Positions 48,828 to 58,384 of a DNA stretch of 64,000 nt are shown piece by piece. Made by a program: the position numbers and the translations under genes. The notes beneath the pieces were generated by a model, which made no database searches, was not told the DNA's origin, and was given only the letters and a program-made list of their open reading frames with translations. This DNA comes from Nitrospirota bacterium (GTDB taxonomy: Bacteria > Nitrospirota > UBA9217), in NCBI GenBank assembly GCA_963840455.1, contig CAWIYV010000007.1:394456-458455 (forward strand), in the 5' to 3' direction. Position 1 is the first letter of the stretch. Each line of letters opens with the position of its first letter.

Positions 48828-48866
48828 GGGAATATTATAAGTGAACGAACGTTCACTTGTCAAGGA
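48828..48866 (-). promoter_or_regulatory. lexA promoter: TTGACA-18 bp-TATAAT with the palindrome AAGTGAACG(A/T)ACGTTCACTT (GAAC-N4-GTTC, Cheo-box-like) in the spacer; -10 lies 6 nt from the ATG, so the transcript is leaderless or near-leaderless
   Basis: Minus-strand reading tccTTGACAAGTGAACGTTCGTTCACTTATAATATTCCCATG. Confidence 0.6.
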
Positions 48867-48940
48867 AGGAGTTGCCTGCGGGGACCCAGCGGAAATAACA
48901 AAAAGGGGCCAGTCTCTTCGAATGGCCCCTTAATTCGTTA

Positions 48941-48985
48941 TGGAGCGGGTGGCGGGACTCGAATCCGTGACCTCAACCTTGGCAA
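48941..48985 (-). repeat. 45-nt duplicate of the tRNA-Gly 3-prime end (att-like direct repeat, one mismatch)
   Basis: tggagcgggtggcgggactcgaatccgtgacctcaaccttggcaa matches 50052..50096. Confidence 0.75.
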
Positions 48986-49078
48986 ATCAACAATTTGTAT
49001 ATGTGTTCGGAAAAAAGATATGATGTTGCGGCAGCGGCACTTATTGATAAGCATCCAGAAAAGGCAGAGGTGGTGAAA

Positions 49079-49528
49079 CTATTGTTCGTCGGCAATCCTG
49101 TATTTCTTTTTTAAGACTTGCGTTACGCGTGTTGCGTCGTATATTAAGCCATCGCCTTCCGGTTTTTCTTTGAAACAGAGAATTGTATTCGACGCACTTG
49201 GCATAGAAATATCATATGTTTCACCGCCAGGCGTGGTCGTTATCTGGGACGGCGTAGTATATGCGGAAACTGATGAGTCTTTAACGGATTTAACAATGAC
49301 AAAATATCTGAATCCATTTTGAAGAGTCAATTCCGCTGAGCGGAGGAGAGCAAAATCGGATTCTATTTCATGGCCTGTATAACTATTTCCCCGAAAACTT
49401 ACTTGGAATATATTGTCGCCAAGTTGACTTTCAGAATATCCACCGGTGAAACCTTCCGGTTGATACTTCGTTGCAGCACAGCCCATAAGAAAGATAACCA
49501 ATGCAAAGAGAATGAGGAATATTCGCAT
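49079..49528 (-). CDS. Hypothetical lipoprotein (AT-rich cargo gene)
   Basis: Lipobox LMGCAA. Confidence 0.5.
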   Translation of the reverse strand: MRIFLILFALVIFLMGCAATKYQPEGFTGGYSESQLGDNIFQVSFRGNSYTGHEIESDFALLRSAELTLQNGFRYFVIVKSVKDSSVSAYTTPSQITTTPGGETYDISMPSASNTILCFKEKPEGDGLIYDATRVTQVLKKKYRIADEQ

Positions 49529-49785
49529 AAATTACCCCCCCCTTAATGAAATATTATCATAAAGCATCGCGAAAGGTTTAGATATGTGGAGTACCGACGC
49601 GGCACGGAGAAAGCACGGACAAGACACGGACGCGGGGACTTGGGGATAGGAAATATAAGCCCTTCTACGGGGGCGTTATGAGGTCTTATAGGTCCGGCGT
49701 GTTTTAAGGGCCTGAAATTGCCATTGACCTGTTTAGGAGAAAAGAACCATGAAAAACAAGAAGACACCGGAGACGGTGATAGGGA

Positions 49786-49956
49786 ATGCTGTGAGTCTAT
49801 TGGCTGGTCATGAAGGGCGTCGATCTGGCAACGGTCAAGGAACTCCTGGGTCATGCAGATATCAAGATGACTTTGCGCTACGCATATCTGGCATTGGCGC
49901 ATAAGAAAAAAGCCATCGATATACTTCGGAGGGAAGATCAGGATGGCAGCGGTGAA
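49786..49956 (+). pseudogene. Tyrosine recombinase (phage-integrase family) C-terminal fragment, ~57 codons
   Basis: Translation YWLVMKGVDLATVKELLGHADIKMTLRYAYLALAHKKKAIDIL contains the LGHxxxxxTxxYxH C-terminal box with the catalytic Tyr. An upstream in-frame stop truncates it. Confidence 0.7.
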
Positions 49957-50051
49957 GCAGTCTGAACAGTTGCGAAATGCTGATACTGCACAATTTACAT
50001 CACAGTCCAAAGAAAAAGGGTTATCCGTTACGGATAACCCCTTGATAATAA

Positions 50052-50127
50052 TGGAGCGGGTGGCGGGACTCGAACCCGTGACCTCAACCTTGGCAAGGTC
50101 GCGCTCTACCAACTGAGCTACACCCGC
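50052..50127 (-). tRNA. tRNA-Gly (GCC), with encoded CCA
   Basis: Reverse complement GCGGGTGTAGCTCAGTTGGTAGAGCGCGACCTTGCCAAGGTTGAGGTCACGGGTTCGAGTCCCGCCACCCGCTCCA: 7-bp acceptor, D and T arms, anticodon loop TT-GCC-AA. Confidence 0.85.
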
Positions 50128-50343
50128 GCTCTTTTTGAGCAGGGACAAATATAACAAAACCGGTCTTATCTTGTCAACAGAAAAGTAGTTCCATCGCGAC
50201 ATAACTGACGCAGGCACCGTACTTTTTTCGCCGCAGCCATACCGCGCTGCGGGTTTTGAGGTGTTGACTCTCCCGGTCCAGTGTGGTATTTATACAAGTG
50301 TTCAAACAGCCGTTATTCCGATCCAGGAGGTAGGAAAAGCAGT

Positions 50344-51192
50344 ATGAATACGATAAAAACAGTGGTTCTTTTGACCTTTTTGACGGTGCTGCTCGTGTTC
50401 GTGGGCGGAGCGATCGGCGGCAGGAGCGGCATGATCATCGCCTTCGGCATGGCACTGGTCATGAACTTCGTGTCCTACTGGTTCAGCGACAAGATCGTCC
50501 TGTCCATGTACCACGCCCAGCCGGTCACCGAGGCGCAGGCCCCGGACCTGTATGGTTCTGTGCGCAGGCTCAGCCAGAAGGCTGGCCTGCCCATGCCCAA
50601 GGTCTACATCATCCCGGAGCAGGCGCTCAACGCCTTTGCCACGGGCCGGAACCCGGAGCACGGCGTCGTGGCCGTGACTGAGGGGATCCTGCGGGCGCTG
50701 TCCCGTGAGGAACTGGAGGGTGTGCTCTCCCATGAACTGTCGCACATCAAGCACCGCGACATCCTGACCGGCACCATCGTGGCGACCATCGCCGGCGCGA
50801 TCAGCATGCTGGCACAGATGGCGCAGTGGGCGATGCTCTTCGGCGGCGGCAGGCGGGACGACGACGAGGGCGGCAGCCCGATCGTGGCCCTGGTCATGAT
50901 GATCGTGGCGCCCATCGCGGCCATGCTGGTGCAGATGGCCATCTCGCGCACGCGGGAATACGAGGCCGACAAGGGCGGCGCGCAGATCGCGGGAAATCCC
51001 TACGGTCTCGTGAACGCGCTCCAGAAGCTCGAACAGGCTGCGCAGGTCGTACCGATGCAGGACGCGAAGCCCGCAACGGCGCACATGTTCATCGTGAACC
51101 CGCTGACGGGCGGTGGGCTCATGAAACTGTTCAGCACCCATCCGCCGATCGCGGAGCGGGTGAAGAGGCTGAGAGAGCTGGCCCGGGGATAA
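50344..51192 (+). CDS. htpX: Heat-shock zinc metalloprotease HtpX (M48)
   Basis: [10 protein letters not shown] HExxH motif. Start at [10 protein letters not shown]. Confidence 0.85.
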   Translation: MNTIKTVVLLTFLTVLLVFVGGAIGGRSGMIIAFGMALVMNFVSYWFSDKIVLSMYHAQPVTEAQAPDLYGSVRRLSQKAGLPMPKVYIIPEQALNAFATGRNPEHGVVAVTEGILRALSREELEGVLSHELSHIKHRDILTGTIVATIAGAISMLAQMAQWAMLFGGGRRDDDEGGSPIVALVMMIVAPIAAMLVQMAISRTREYEADKGGAQIAGNPYGLVNALQKLEQAAQVVPMQDAKPATAHMFIVNPLTGGGLMKLFSTHPPIAERVKRLRELARG

Positions 51193-51431
51193 CCATTCTC
51201 TCATGTGATCCAGGTACAGCCCTGCCGGCACGTCGGCAGGGCTTTTCTTTTCCGCTTTCCGGGCGTGTCGCATCGGCGGAGTCCGGCAGTATTGCCTTGA
51301 AAATCCCGCAACCCTGTGATAAGTTGATGATCGATCAGCGGCCATGGAAAATCCAGGAGCGAGCGCAATTCCCGCAGCCTGATGCGGGGTTAGCGAGCGA
51401 TTAGGATGACGAAACTACCGTGAGGATCGAA

Positions 51432-51463
51432 GATTCCCTGCAGCTTGCTGCAGGGAGCTTCAA
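51432..51463. promoter_or_regulatory. Conserved palindromic element, copy 1 (CCCTGCAGC-TTG-CTGCAGGG followed by AGCTTCAA), 5-prime of hsp20
   Basis: About 29/33 identical to copy 2 upstream of lipA. Confidence 0.5.
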
Positions 51464-51487
51464 TTGCCCGTTGAAGGAGGTGTTGAC

Positions 51488-51895
51488 GTGCGGTACCGGT
51501 ATATTTCCTACAAATATTCCCGCAAGGTGAGCCCGGACACGGCGCTCCAGAACATCTGGGAGACCTTCGGCACCTGGGCAATGCCGGTTGCTTCCGGGTG
51601 GCGGCCGCCGACGGACGTCTTCGAGACACCCGACCAGCTTATCGTCCTGATCGAGGTCGCCGGGGTTACCGAGGAGGACATCAGCGTGACCCTGTTTAGT
51701 GATCTCCTGGTGGTGGAGGGGGTCCGCGAACAGCCGCAGTTCTTCAAGGGGGGCATGTCGGCCTGCCACCAGCTGGGGATCAAGTACGGCGATTTCCGCT
51801 CCGAGGTCTACATCCCGGTCAACGTGGACCACGACAACGTGACGGCGGAATACAAGAACGGCCTGCTCAAGATCGTCCTGCGGAAGATCGGATGA
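51488..51895 (+). CDS. Hsp20/alpha-crystallin family small heat-shock protein
   Basis: GTG start 7 nt after GAAGGAGG. Alpha-crystallin domain DVFETPDQLIVLIEVAGV...AEYKNGLLKIVLRK. Confidence 0.75.
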   Translation: MRYRYISYKYSRKVSPDTALQNIWETFGTWAMPVASGWRPPTDVFETPDQLIVLIEVAGVTEEDISVTLFSDLLVVEGVREQPQFFKGGMSACHQLGIKYGDFRSEVYIPVNVDHDNVTAEYKNGLLKIVLRKIG

Positions 51896-51977
51896 TCCGC
51901 ACATGAATATCCGGCAGGGATTCAAAGGACTGTTCCAAAAACGTGCGCAACCCACGCAACCAACGAGGAGCAACGAG

Positions 51978-54359
51978 ATGGAAGACAAACTCGAGGCACA
52001 ACCTGAAAAGATACCGCCGGTGCCCGCGGAGCTGCCGCTCCTTCCGCTGAAGGACACGGTGGTCTATCCGATGACGGTCTACCCGCTCGTGATCGGCAAG
52101 GAAAAGTCCATCAAGCTGATCAACGACATCACGGTGGGGGACAAGATCCTGGCACTCACGGCCCAGAAGAGGACGGACGTGGAGGTTGCAAGTCCCGGCG
52201 ATGTGTACACCGTCGGCACCATGGCGCGCATCCTCCAGATGGTCAAGGCGCCCGACGGCACGCTCCGGGTGCTGGTCCAGGGGATCGAACGCATCGCCAT
52301 CGAGGGGTTCGTCCAGAACGAACCGTTCATCCGGGCGAAAGTGACGGCGAAGCCGGACGCAAGCGAAAAGACGGTCCCCATCGAGGCGCTGATGCGCGGG
52401 CTTGCCGAGCTGTTCCAGAAGATGGTGTCGCTCACGCCGAACATGCCCGAGGAGCTCTCGGCGGCGGCGCTCAACATCGAGGATCCGCGTCAGCTCACCT
52501 ACCTGGTGGCGACGAACATCCGCCTGGAGCTCGGGCAGCGTCAGGAGATCCTGGAGATCGACCCCGTTGCCGAGAAGATGAACCGGCTCATGCTGGTACT
52601 GAACCGGGAGATCGAGGTCTTGGAGCTGGGCAGGAAGATCCAGGGCCAGGCCAAGGACCAGATGCAGAAGGCGGAGCGGGAGTACATCCTGCGGCAGCAG
52701 CTCTCTGCCATCCGCAAGGAGCTAGGCGAGGAGTCGGACGACGGCTCGGAGACAAAGAGCCTGCGCGAGAAGATCGAACAGGCGAAGCTGCCGCCCGAGG
52801 CCGAGAAGGAGGCGAAGCGCGAACTGTCGCGCATGGAGAAGCTGAACCAGACCTCGCCCGAGTATTCCGTGATCCGTACCTATCTCGAGTGGATGACCGG
52901 CCTGCCGTGGAATACGCTCTCGGCGTCTCCCATCGACATTGCGAAGGCGAAGGAGACGCTGGATGCGGACCACTACGGCCTGGAGAAGGTCAAGGATCGC
53001 ATCCTGGAGTACCTGGCTGTGAAGAAGCTGGGCGACGAGCGCGGTGCAGGAGAGGGGACGCGGATGCGCGAGCCTATCCTGTGCTTTGCCGGCCCTCCTG
53101 GCGTGGGCAAGACGTCCCTGGGCCAGTCCATCGCCCGGGCGCTGAATCGGAAGTTCGTCCGGCTGTCGCTCGGCGGACTGCATGATGAAGCAGAGATCCG
53201 CGGACACCGCCGCACCTATATTGGCGCCATGCCCGGACGTATCATCCAGGTCCTGAAACGCGTGGAGACGCGCGACCCGGTCATCATGCTGGATGAGGTG
53301 GACAAGGTGGGCGCTGATTGGCGGGGCGACCCGTCATCAGCGCTGCTGGAGGTGCTGGACCCGGAGCAGAACAAGGACTTCCGGGACAACTACCTCGACG
53401 TTCCCTTCGACCTTTCCAAGGTTATGTTCATAACCACGGCGAACCAGCTCGAGACCATCCCGGCGCCGCTCCTGGACCGCATGGAGGTGCTCCGACTGTC
53501 GGGATACACGGAGCACGAGAAGCTGAACATAGCGAAAAAATACCTGGTCCCTAAGGAGATCACGGCGAATGCCCTGAAGGCCGAAGAGGTCGTCATCGAG
53601 GATGAGACAATCCAGGGCATCATCAAGGACTACACGCGCGAGGCCGGCGTCAGGAACTTGGAGCGCGAGATCGCCAACGTCTGCCGCAAGGTGGCGAAAG
53701 CGGTTGCCGAAGGCAAACCGGCGCCCATCACGGTGACGGCAAAGGACCTCCGCGACTATCTCGGCAGGCCGCGGTTCTTCGCCGAGACCTCGGTCATGAT
53801 CGACCGCCCCGGCGTGGTCACGGGCCTCGCCTGGACGCCCGTAGGCGGCGACATCCTGTTCGTCGAAGCGTCCATGATGCCGGGGAATAAGCAGCTGACC
53901 CTGACAGGACAGCTCGGCGACGTGATGAAGGAGTCCGCGCAGGCTGCGCTGTCCTATGTGCGGGCTCATGCCGAGGAGCTTGGGCTCAAGAAGGACTTCT
54001 TCGAGAAGACCGACATCCACATCCACGTTCCGGCAGGCGCCATCCCAAAGGATGGTCCTTCAGCGGGGGTGACCATGACCACGGCCCTTGTGTCCCTGCT
54101 GACCGGGAGGCGCGTGAAGAGCGATCTTGCTATGACCGGTGAGATCACGCTCCGGGGCAAGGTGATGCCCATCGGCGGTATAAAGGAAAAGGCTCTGGCC
54201 GCGCGGCGTGCAGGGATCAAGACCATCATCCTGCCCGAGCGGAACATGAACGACCTCGAGGACATTCCCGAGGACCTGCGGAGAGAGATGACCTTCGTTC
54301 CCGTCGAACGGATCGACCAGGTGATCGCCGAGGCGCTGATGGAGAAAGAGGCGTCATAA
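51978..54359 (+). CDS. lon: ATP-dependent Lon protease
   Basis: LON N-domain, AAA+ GPPGVGKTS, proteolytic Ser in PKDGPSAG. Confidence 0.9.
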   Translation: MEDKLEAQPEKIPPVPAELPLLPLKDTVVYPMTVYPLVIGKEKSIKLINDITVGDKILALTAQKRTDVEVASPGDVYTVGTMARILQMVKAPDGTLRVLVQGIERIAIEGFVQNEPFIRAKVTAKPDASEKTVPIEALMRGLAELFQKMVSLTPNMPEELSAAALNIEDPRQLTYLVATNIRLELGQRQEILEIDPVAEKMNRLMLVLNREIEVLELGRKIQGQAKDQMQKAEREYILRQQLSAIRKELGEESDDGSETKSLREKIEQAKLPPEAEKEAKRELSRMEKLNQTSPEYSVIRTYLEWMTGLPWNTLSASPIDIAKAKETLDADHYGLEKVKDRILEYLAVKKLGDERGAGEGTRMREPILCFAGPPGVGKTSLGQSIARALNRKFVRLSLGGLHDEAEIRGHRRTYIGAMPGRIIQVLKRVETRDPVIMLDEVDKVGADWRGDPSSALLEVLDPEQNKDFRDNYLDVPFDLSKVMFITTANQLETIPAPLLDRMEVLRLSGYTEHEKLNIAKKYLVPKEITANALKAEEVVIEDETIQGIIKDYTREAGVRNLEREIANVCRKVAKAVAEGKPAPITVTAKDLRDYLGRPRFFAETSVMIDRPGVVTGLAWTPVGGDILFVEASMMPGNKQLTLTGQLGDVMKESAQAALSYVRAHAEELGLKKDFFEKTDIHIHVPAGAIPKDGPSAGVTMTTALVSLLTGRRVKSDLAMTGEITLRGKVMPIGGIKEKALAARRAGIKTIILPERNMNDLEDIPEDLRREMTFVPVERIDQVIAEALMEKEAS

Positions 54360-54607
54360 CATCCGCTCATCGCAGTGGCCGTCACCACGGATCCAGGAAC
54401 GAGCAGACAGATACCTATCAAATCCTTCTCAACAACAGAGGAAAATAATTATTTATCGCGAAGTCGCGAAGAACGCGGGGGAGTAAAGACTCCTTCAAGC
54501 TTACAACAATGATTTAAAAAATTTCTTCACGACCGTTGCGCCCTCGCGGTTCCATGCTTTTGGTTCCGCTTTGTCCGGATGAGGAGATATACTGCCTGAG
54601 AACCCAA

Positions 54608-54638
54608 GATCCCTGCAGCGTGCCGCAGGGACCTTCAA
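54608..54638. promoter_or_regulatory. Conserved palindromic element, copy 2 (CCCTGCAGC-GTG-CCGCAGGG followed by ACCTTCAA), ending 6 nt before the lipA ATG
   Basis: See copy 1. Confidence 0.5.
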
Positions 54639-54643
54639 CGAAC

Positions 54644-55519
54644 ATGCCAGCGCAATCTACATCCAGAAGGCTGCCCGCCTGGTTTAAGGTGCGACTGTCC
54701 ACCAACGAACGGTATTCAGCGGTCCGCAGCCTGGTCCGCGAGCGGGACCTCCGAACGGTCTGCGAGAGCGCAGCGTGCCCGAACCGGAACGAATGCTGGA
54801 ACGCGGGCACCGCGACCTTTCTGATACTCGGCGATGTGTGCACCCGCAGGTGCGGTTTCTGCAACATACCCTCGGGTTGTCCGACCGAACCGGACCGCAG
54901 CGAGCCCGAACGGATTGGCGGCGCTGTGGCCAGCCTCGGCCTGACCTACGCTGTCGTCACTTCGGTGACACGCGATGACCTGCCTGACGGCGGTGCAGGA
55001 CACTTCGCGGAGACCATCCGGGCCATACGACGAACGATGCCGGACTGCAGGACCGAGGTCCTGATACCTGATTTTCAGGGTTCGTCCTCGGCGCTTGACG
55101 TCGTGCTTGATGCCTCGCCCGACATGCTGAACCATAACATCGAGACCGTCCCTTCACTGTATCCCCGCGTGAGGCCGCAGGCAGATTACGGCAGATCGCT
55201 GCGGCTGCTGCGCAGCGCCAAGGACCGGGGCGCTGTAACGAAGTCGGGGATCATGCTTGGGCTGGGGGAGAGAGTGGAGGAAGTGCAATCGGTGCTGCGC
55301 GACCTTCGCGGCGCCGGATGCGAAATCGTGACCATGGGCCAGTATCTGCAGCCATCGCGGGAGCATCTTTCCGTGCAGCGCTATTACCGGCCTGAGGAGT
55401 TCAGATCGCTCCGGCTCGGTGCCCTGGGCCTCGGGTTTCGCGACGTGGTCGCAGGACCGCTCGTCAGGAGCTCCTATCATGCCGGGGCGATTCAAGGAAC
55501 ACCGGCAGGCGGCGTTTAA
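54644..55519 (+). CDS. lipA: Lipoyl synthase LipA (radical SAM)
   Basis: CESAACPNRNECW auxiliary cluster motif and CTRRCGFC radical-SAM CxxxCxxC. Confidence 0.85.
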   Translation: MPAQSTSRRLPAWFKVRLSTNERYSAVRSLVRERDLRTVCESAACPNRNECWNAGTATFLILGDVCTRRCGFCNIPSGCPTEPDRSEPERIGGAVASLGLTYAVVTSVTRDDLPDGGAGHFAETIRAIRRTMPDCRTEVLIPDFQGSSSALDVVLDASPDMLNHNIETVPSLYPRVRPQADYGRSLRLLRSAKDRGAVTKSGIMLGLGERVEEVQSVLRDLRGAGCEIVTMGQYLQPSREHLSVQRYYRPEEFRSLRLGALGLGFRDVVAGPLVRSSYHAGAIQGTPAGGV

Positions 55520-55698
55520 CCTTCACCACGATGAATAGTGGGGGACAAGGTCGACGTGACAGGAGTACCCAAGGAGATGGCCGGGCAAGATCCTGAATAA
55601 GGTCCTTCTCGACAGGACCCGGACTTAATTGGTTTGGCAGTACATCATCCGCAAGATCAAGCACAGGCATATTCTCGGACTCGAAAGGTCGTATTCTC

Positions 55699-56538
55699 AT
55701 GAGAACATCGGTCATTGTGCCGACCTACAACAGGCCGCGGGCGCTCAGACTGAGCCTTCTGAGCCTTGCGCAACAGTCCATACTGCCGTCCGAGGTACTG
55801 ATCGCCGATGACGGTAGCGGCGATGAGACAAAAGCCCTGATCGAGGAACTTCAAGTACAACTTGAATATGCATTCCCCATAAGGCGCGTCTGGCAGGAAG
55901 ACATCGGGTTCCGGAAGCCCAGGATCCTGAATGAAACGGTCCGGCAGGCCACAGGTGATTATCTGATCTTCATTGATGGGGACTGCATGGCGCACAGGGA
56001 TTTCGTGCGGTCCCATGTTGCCATGAGCTCGCCGGACTCCATTTTGAGCGGGAAACGGGTCGATATTGGCAAAAAATTGACCGAACAGTTGCTGGAAAAA
56101 GGTCATCCCATTGTAACGCTCAGGCCCGTCCTGGTGTGGGACGCCGTTGCCGGAGGCGAGGTCAAGTCCCGGAAGGTCGAGGAAGCCATACGCATCGAAA
56201 ACACTCTGATCCGCAAGGCCTTACATCGTGACCGGATAACCGATGACGGGGTTTGGGGATGCAATTTCAGCCTTTATAAAGACCTTTTCTACGCGATCAA
56301 TGGGTGCGATGAGGATTTTCTGGACGGATCCATTGAGGACAATGACCTTGGCATACGGGTCCTGAACCAGGGAAAGCGGGTCAGGTCTGTCAGGAACTAT
56401 GCGGTCATCTTCCACTTATGGCACAAATCGTCATGGAGCTTCGAAAACGATAAGTATCAGCATAACCTTGCCATCCTGAAGCAACGAATAGCGAATAGGG
56501 AACCGAGATGCAGGAATGGGATCAGAAAGATAGTTTAA
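55699..56538 (+). CDS. Family-2 glycosyltransferase
   Basis: SVIVPTYNR...DDGSGDET and DGD motifs. Confidence 0.8.
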   Translation: MRTSVIVPTYNRPRALRLSLLSLAQQSILPSEVLIADDGSGDETKALIEELQVQLEYAFPIRRVWQEDIGFRKPRILNETVRQATGDYLIFIDGDCMAHRDFVRSHVAMSSPDSILSGKRVDIGKKLTEQLLEKGHPIVTLRPVLVWDAVAGGEVKSRKVEEAIRIENTLIRKALHRDRITDDGVWGCNFSLYKDLFYAINGCDEDFLDGSIEDNDLGIRVLNQGKRVRSVRNYAVIFHLWHKSSWSFENDKYQHNLAILKQRIANREPRCRNGIRKIV

Positions 56539-56678
56539 GCAAGGAAAGAGGACAGGAGGCGGATTATTTAGAGGTATTTGCTAAGGCAATAATATAATTT
56601 GACATAATATACATTATCAGACATTTATGCAAAGCTAAATCTTATCTCCAATACAGGCCAACCGTATCGTTCTGTTCC

Positions 56679-57518
56679 CTATAGTTTAATGCTCAACATC
56701 CCAAGGACCTTGCTCGAGTTGTCATACCCCTGATTCGTTCTGTGGATGAACTGGGTGCCGAACGTCAGATTAAAGCGTTCGCTGACCAGGCGCAGTCCAT
56801 AGGTTACTGCGTTGTAATTCCCATCATCAATGTTGACGAGATCCTTCCCTGACCTGCGGTTAAATTCAACGAGCATCTGGAGATTGCGGTACTTGCTGAT
56901 GGGAACCAGGAACCCGGCGTTCAGCAGCGTGTAGCTGTCCCTCAGCGTCTTGTCGGAAACATCCTGGAGTGCCACCTGGCCGTCGGCATACAGTGCGATG
57001 ATATGATCCTCCCAGGCGATCTCGCTTCCCAGGGCAAGACCAGCCCGGCAGCCCCAGTGGTTGACGCTGTTGGTCCCGGCTTCCCGGTCGCCTGTCGGGA
57101 ATATCCCCGTTGCGATCATGGCGAGGCCGGGGCGATAACGGTTTTCCGGCTGGGGAAGCACGTTCCACTTGAACGAAAGCTCCGTGTCGTCCATGCCCCG
57201 GGACTTGATACCAGGATCTTCATTCCGGTAGACATATTGCGTTTTCAGCGCGAGTTCCTTGTTCGAAGCGAGGCCGAGGCTGATGGTCAGCGGATAGGAT
57301 GTCGAAGTATATTTGGGAATAAGGCTGTTCTCCGAGAGCACTGCGGCCCCGATCTCGAATGTGCGCGGTGGAAGGGTGAGTGGCGATGTCGTGATGAGCA
57401 GCCCCGTCAGGCCTGAAATGTTCACCGGGCGGTTGATCAGCTCCAGCTCTTCGGCGCAGAGGCCGGCAGGTGCCAGGAACGTGAAGAAAAGTAGGGTTAT
57501 CGCTACATGTCGCATCAC
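56679..57518 (-). CDS. Outer-membrane beta-barrel protein (hypothetical)
   Basis: Signal peptide. Amphipathic beta-strand periodicity. Confidence 0.45.
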   Translation of the reverse strand: MMRHVAITLLFFTFLAPAGLCAEELELINRPVNISGLTGLLITTSPLTLPPRTFEIGAAVLSENSLIPKYTSTSYPLTISLGLASNKELALKTQYVYRNEDPGIKSRGMDDTELSFKWNVLPQPENRYRPGLAMIATGIFPTGDREAGTNSVNHWGCRAGLALGSEIAWEDHIIALYADGQVALQDVSDKTLRDSYTLLNAGFLVPISKYRNLQMLVEFNRRSGKDLVNIDDGNYNAVTYGLRLVSERFNLTFGTQFIHRTNQGYDNSSKVLGMLSIKL

Positions 57519-57794
57519 GGGATTGCCATTCTGACGTCCTTTGTGGAGATTATGCCGTAAACGGTTCTGGCCGGTTGGAACGGCCTATTTTTTTTATGCG
57601 TCATCGTACCAACAATGCAATGTTAGGTCAAGGGAATAATGCTCCAGGTAGATGATAAGTCGCTAAATTCATTGAAGTTAATGCAAATACCGGCCCTCGT
57701 CTCCCAACAATGAGGTCCTGCTTGACAAGAGACCTTTGCGGGATTATCGTGTCAACCAATAAGCATCATCCTATAGAAAATGGAGGGAAAATAT

Positions 57795-58142
57795 ATGAAG
57801 GTGATATGTGCGGCGATATTGCTCCTGCTTTTCCTGTCCGGCAGTGCGGTCTTCGCCATGCGGCATGAGGCGACGCCGGACAAAGGCAAGGCGCTGTTCA
57901 ATGATCCGAAGCTCGGCACAACAGGGAAAACATGCAACGACTGCCACAAGGACGGAACCGGGCTGGAGCGGTCCGGGGAGAGGCAGGACCTGGAGAAGAT
58001 CGTGAACAAGTGCATCACGGCGTCGCTCAAGGGCAAGGCGCTAAAACCGAAGTCTGTTGAGATGCAGTCGCTGCTGCTCTATCTGAAGGGCCTGGGCGGG
58101 GAGAAAAAACCTGCGGCGAAAAAGGCACCGGTGGGATGTTAG
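57795..58142 (+). CDS. Small monoheme c-type cytochrome
   Basis: Signal peptide MKVICAAILLLLFLSGSAVFA. Single CNDCH heme-binding motif. Confidence 0.65.
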   Translation: MKVICAAILLLLFLSGSAVFAMRHEATPDKGKALFNDPKLGTTGKTCNDCHKDGTGLERSGERQDLEKIVNKCITASLKGKALKPKSVEMQSLLLYLKGLGGEKKPAAKKAPVGC

Positions 58143-58384
58143 AAAAGTAAAGATGTATGATGTATGAAGTAAGTAAGAAGAAAAAAGAGGAAATGGACAG
58201 AAGACAGCAGAAAGATACCTGAAACCCCTTTTCATGATATGCCGCAAAGGGGTCCTTTTTCAGGACCAGTGCCCTGGCACGAACACTGCGGTCCTGCTCT
58301 CCAACTCCTCGTGACGGATCAGAGAGTACAAGGAGCATAGAGCAAAGGGCAAGGAGCAGAGAGCTTAGCTCCATGCACCAGGCA

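Larger units (their letters stand above)
48941..50127. mobile_element. Degraded tRNA-Gly-targeted integrative element remnant (attL-like repeat, lipoprotein cargo, integrase fragment, tRNA)
   Basis: Intact tRNA plus its partial 3-prime-end duplicate bracket AT-rich DNA carrying an integrase remnant. Confidence 0.65.

Noticed and set aside
49543-50217. 224-aa minus-strand ORF covering the integrase remnant and tRNA-Gly
   Set aside because: Runs through a tRNA gene on the same strand and through AT-rich remnant DNA. No protein features.
50302-51345. 347-aa ORF antisense to htpX, and the ORFs at 62209..63408 and 52722..53207 antisense to capD-like and lon
   Set aside because: Antisense high-GC artefacts opposite genes with clear catalytic motifs.
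51436-51463. Reading the CTTCAA at the end of the palindromic element as a sigma32 -35 box
   Set aside because: Spacing to the hsp20 GTG (26 nt) leaves no room for a -10 element plus the GAAGGAGG RBS; the lipA copy is even closer to its ATG.
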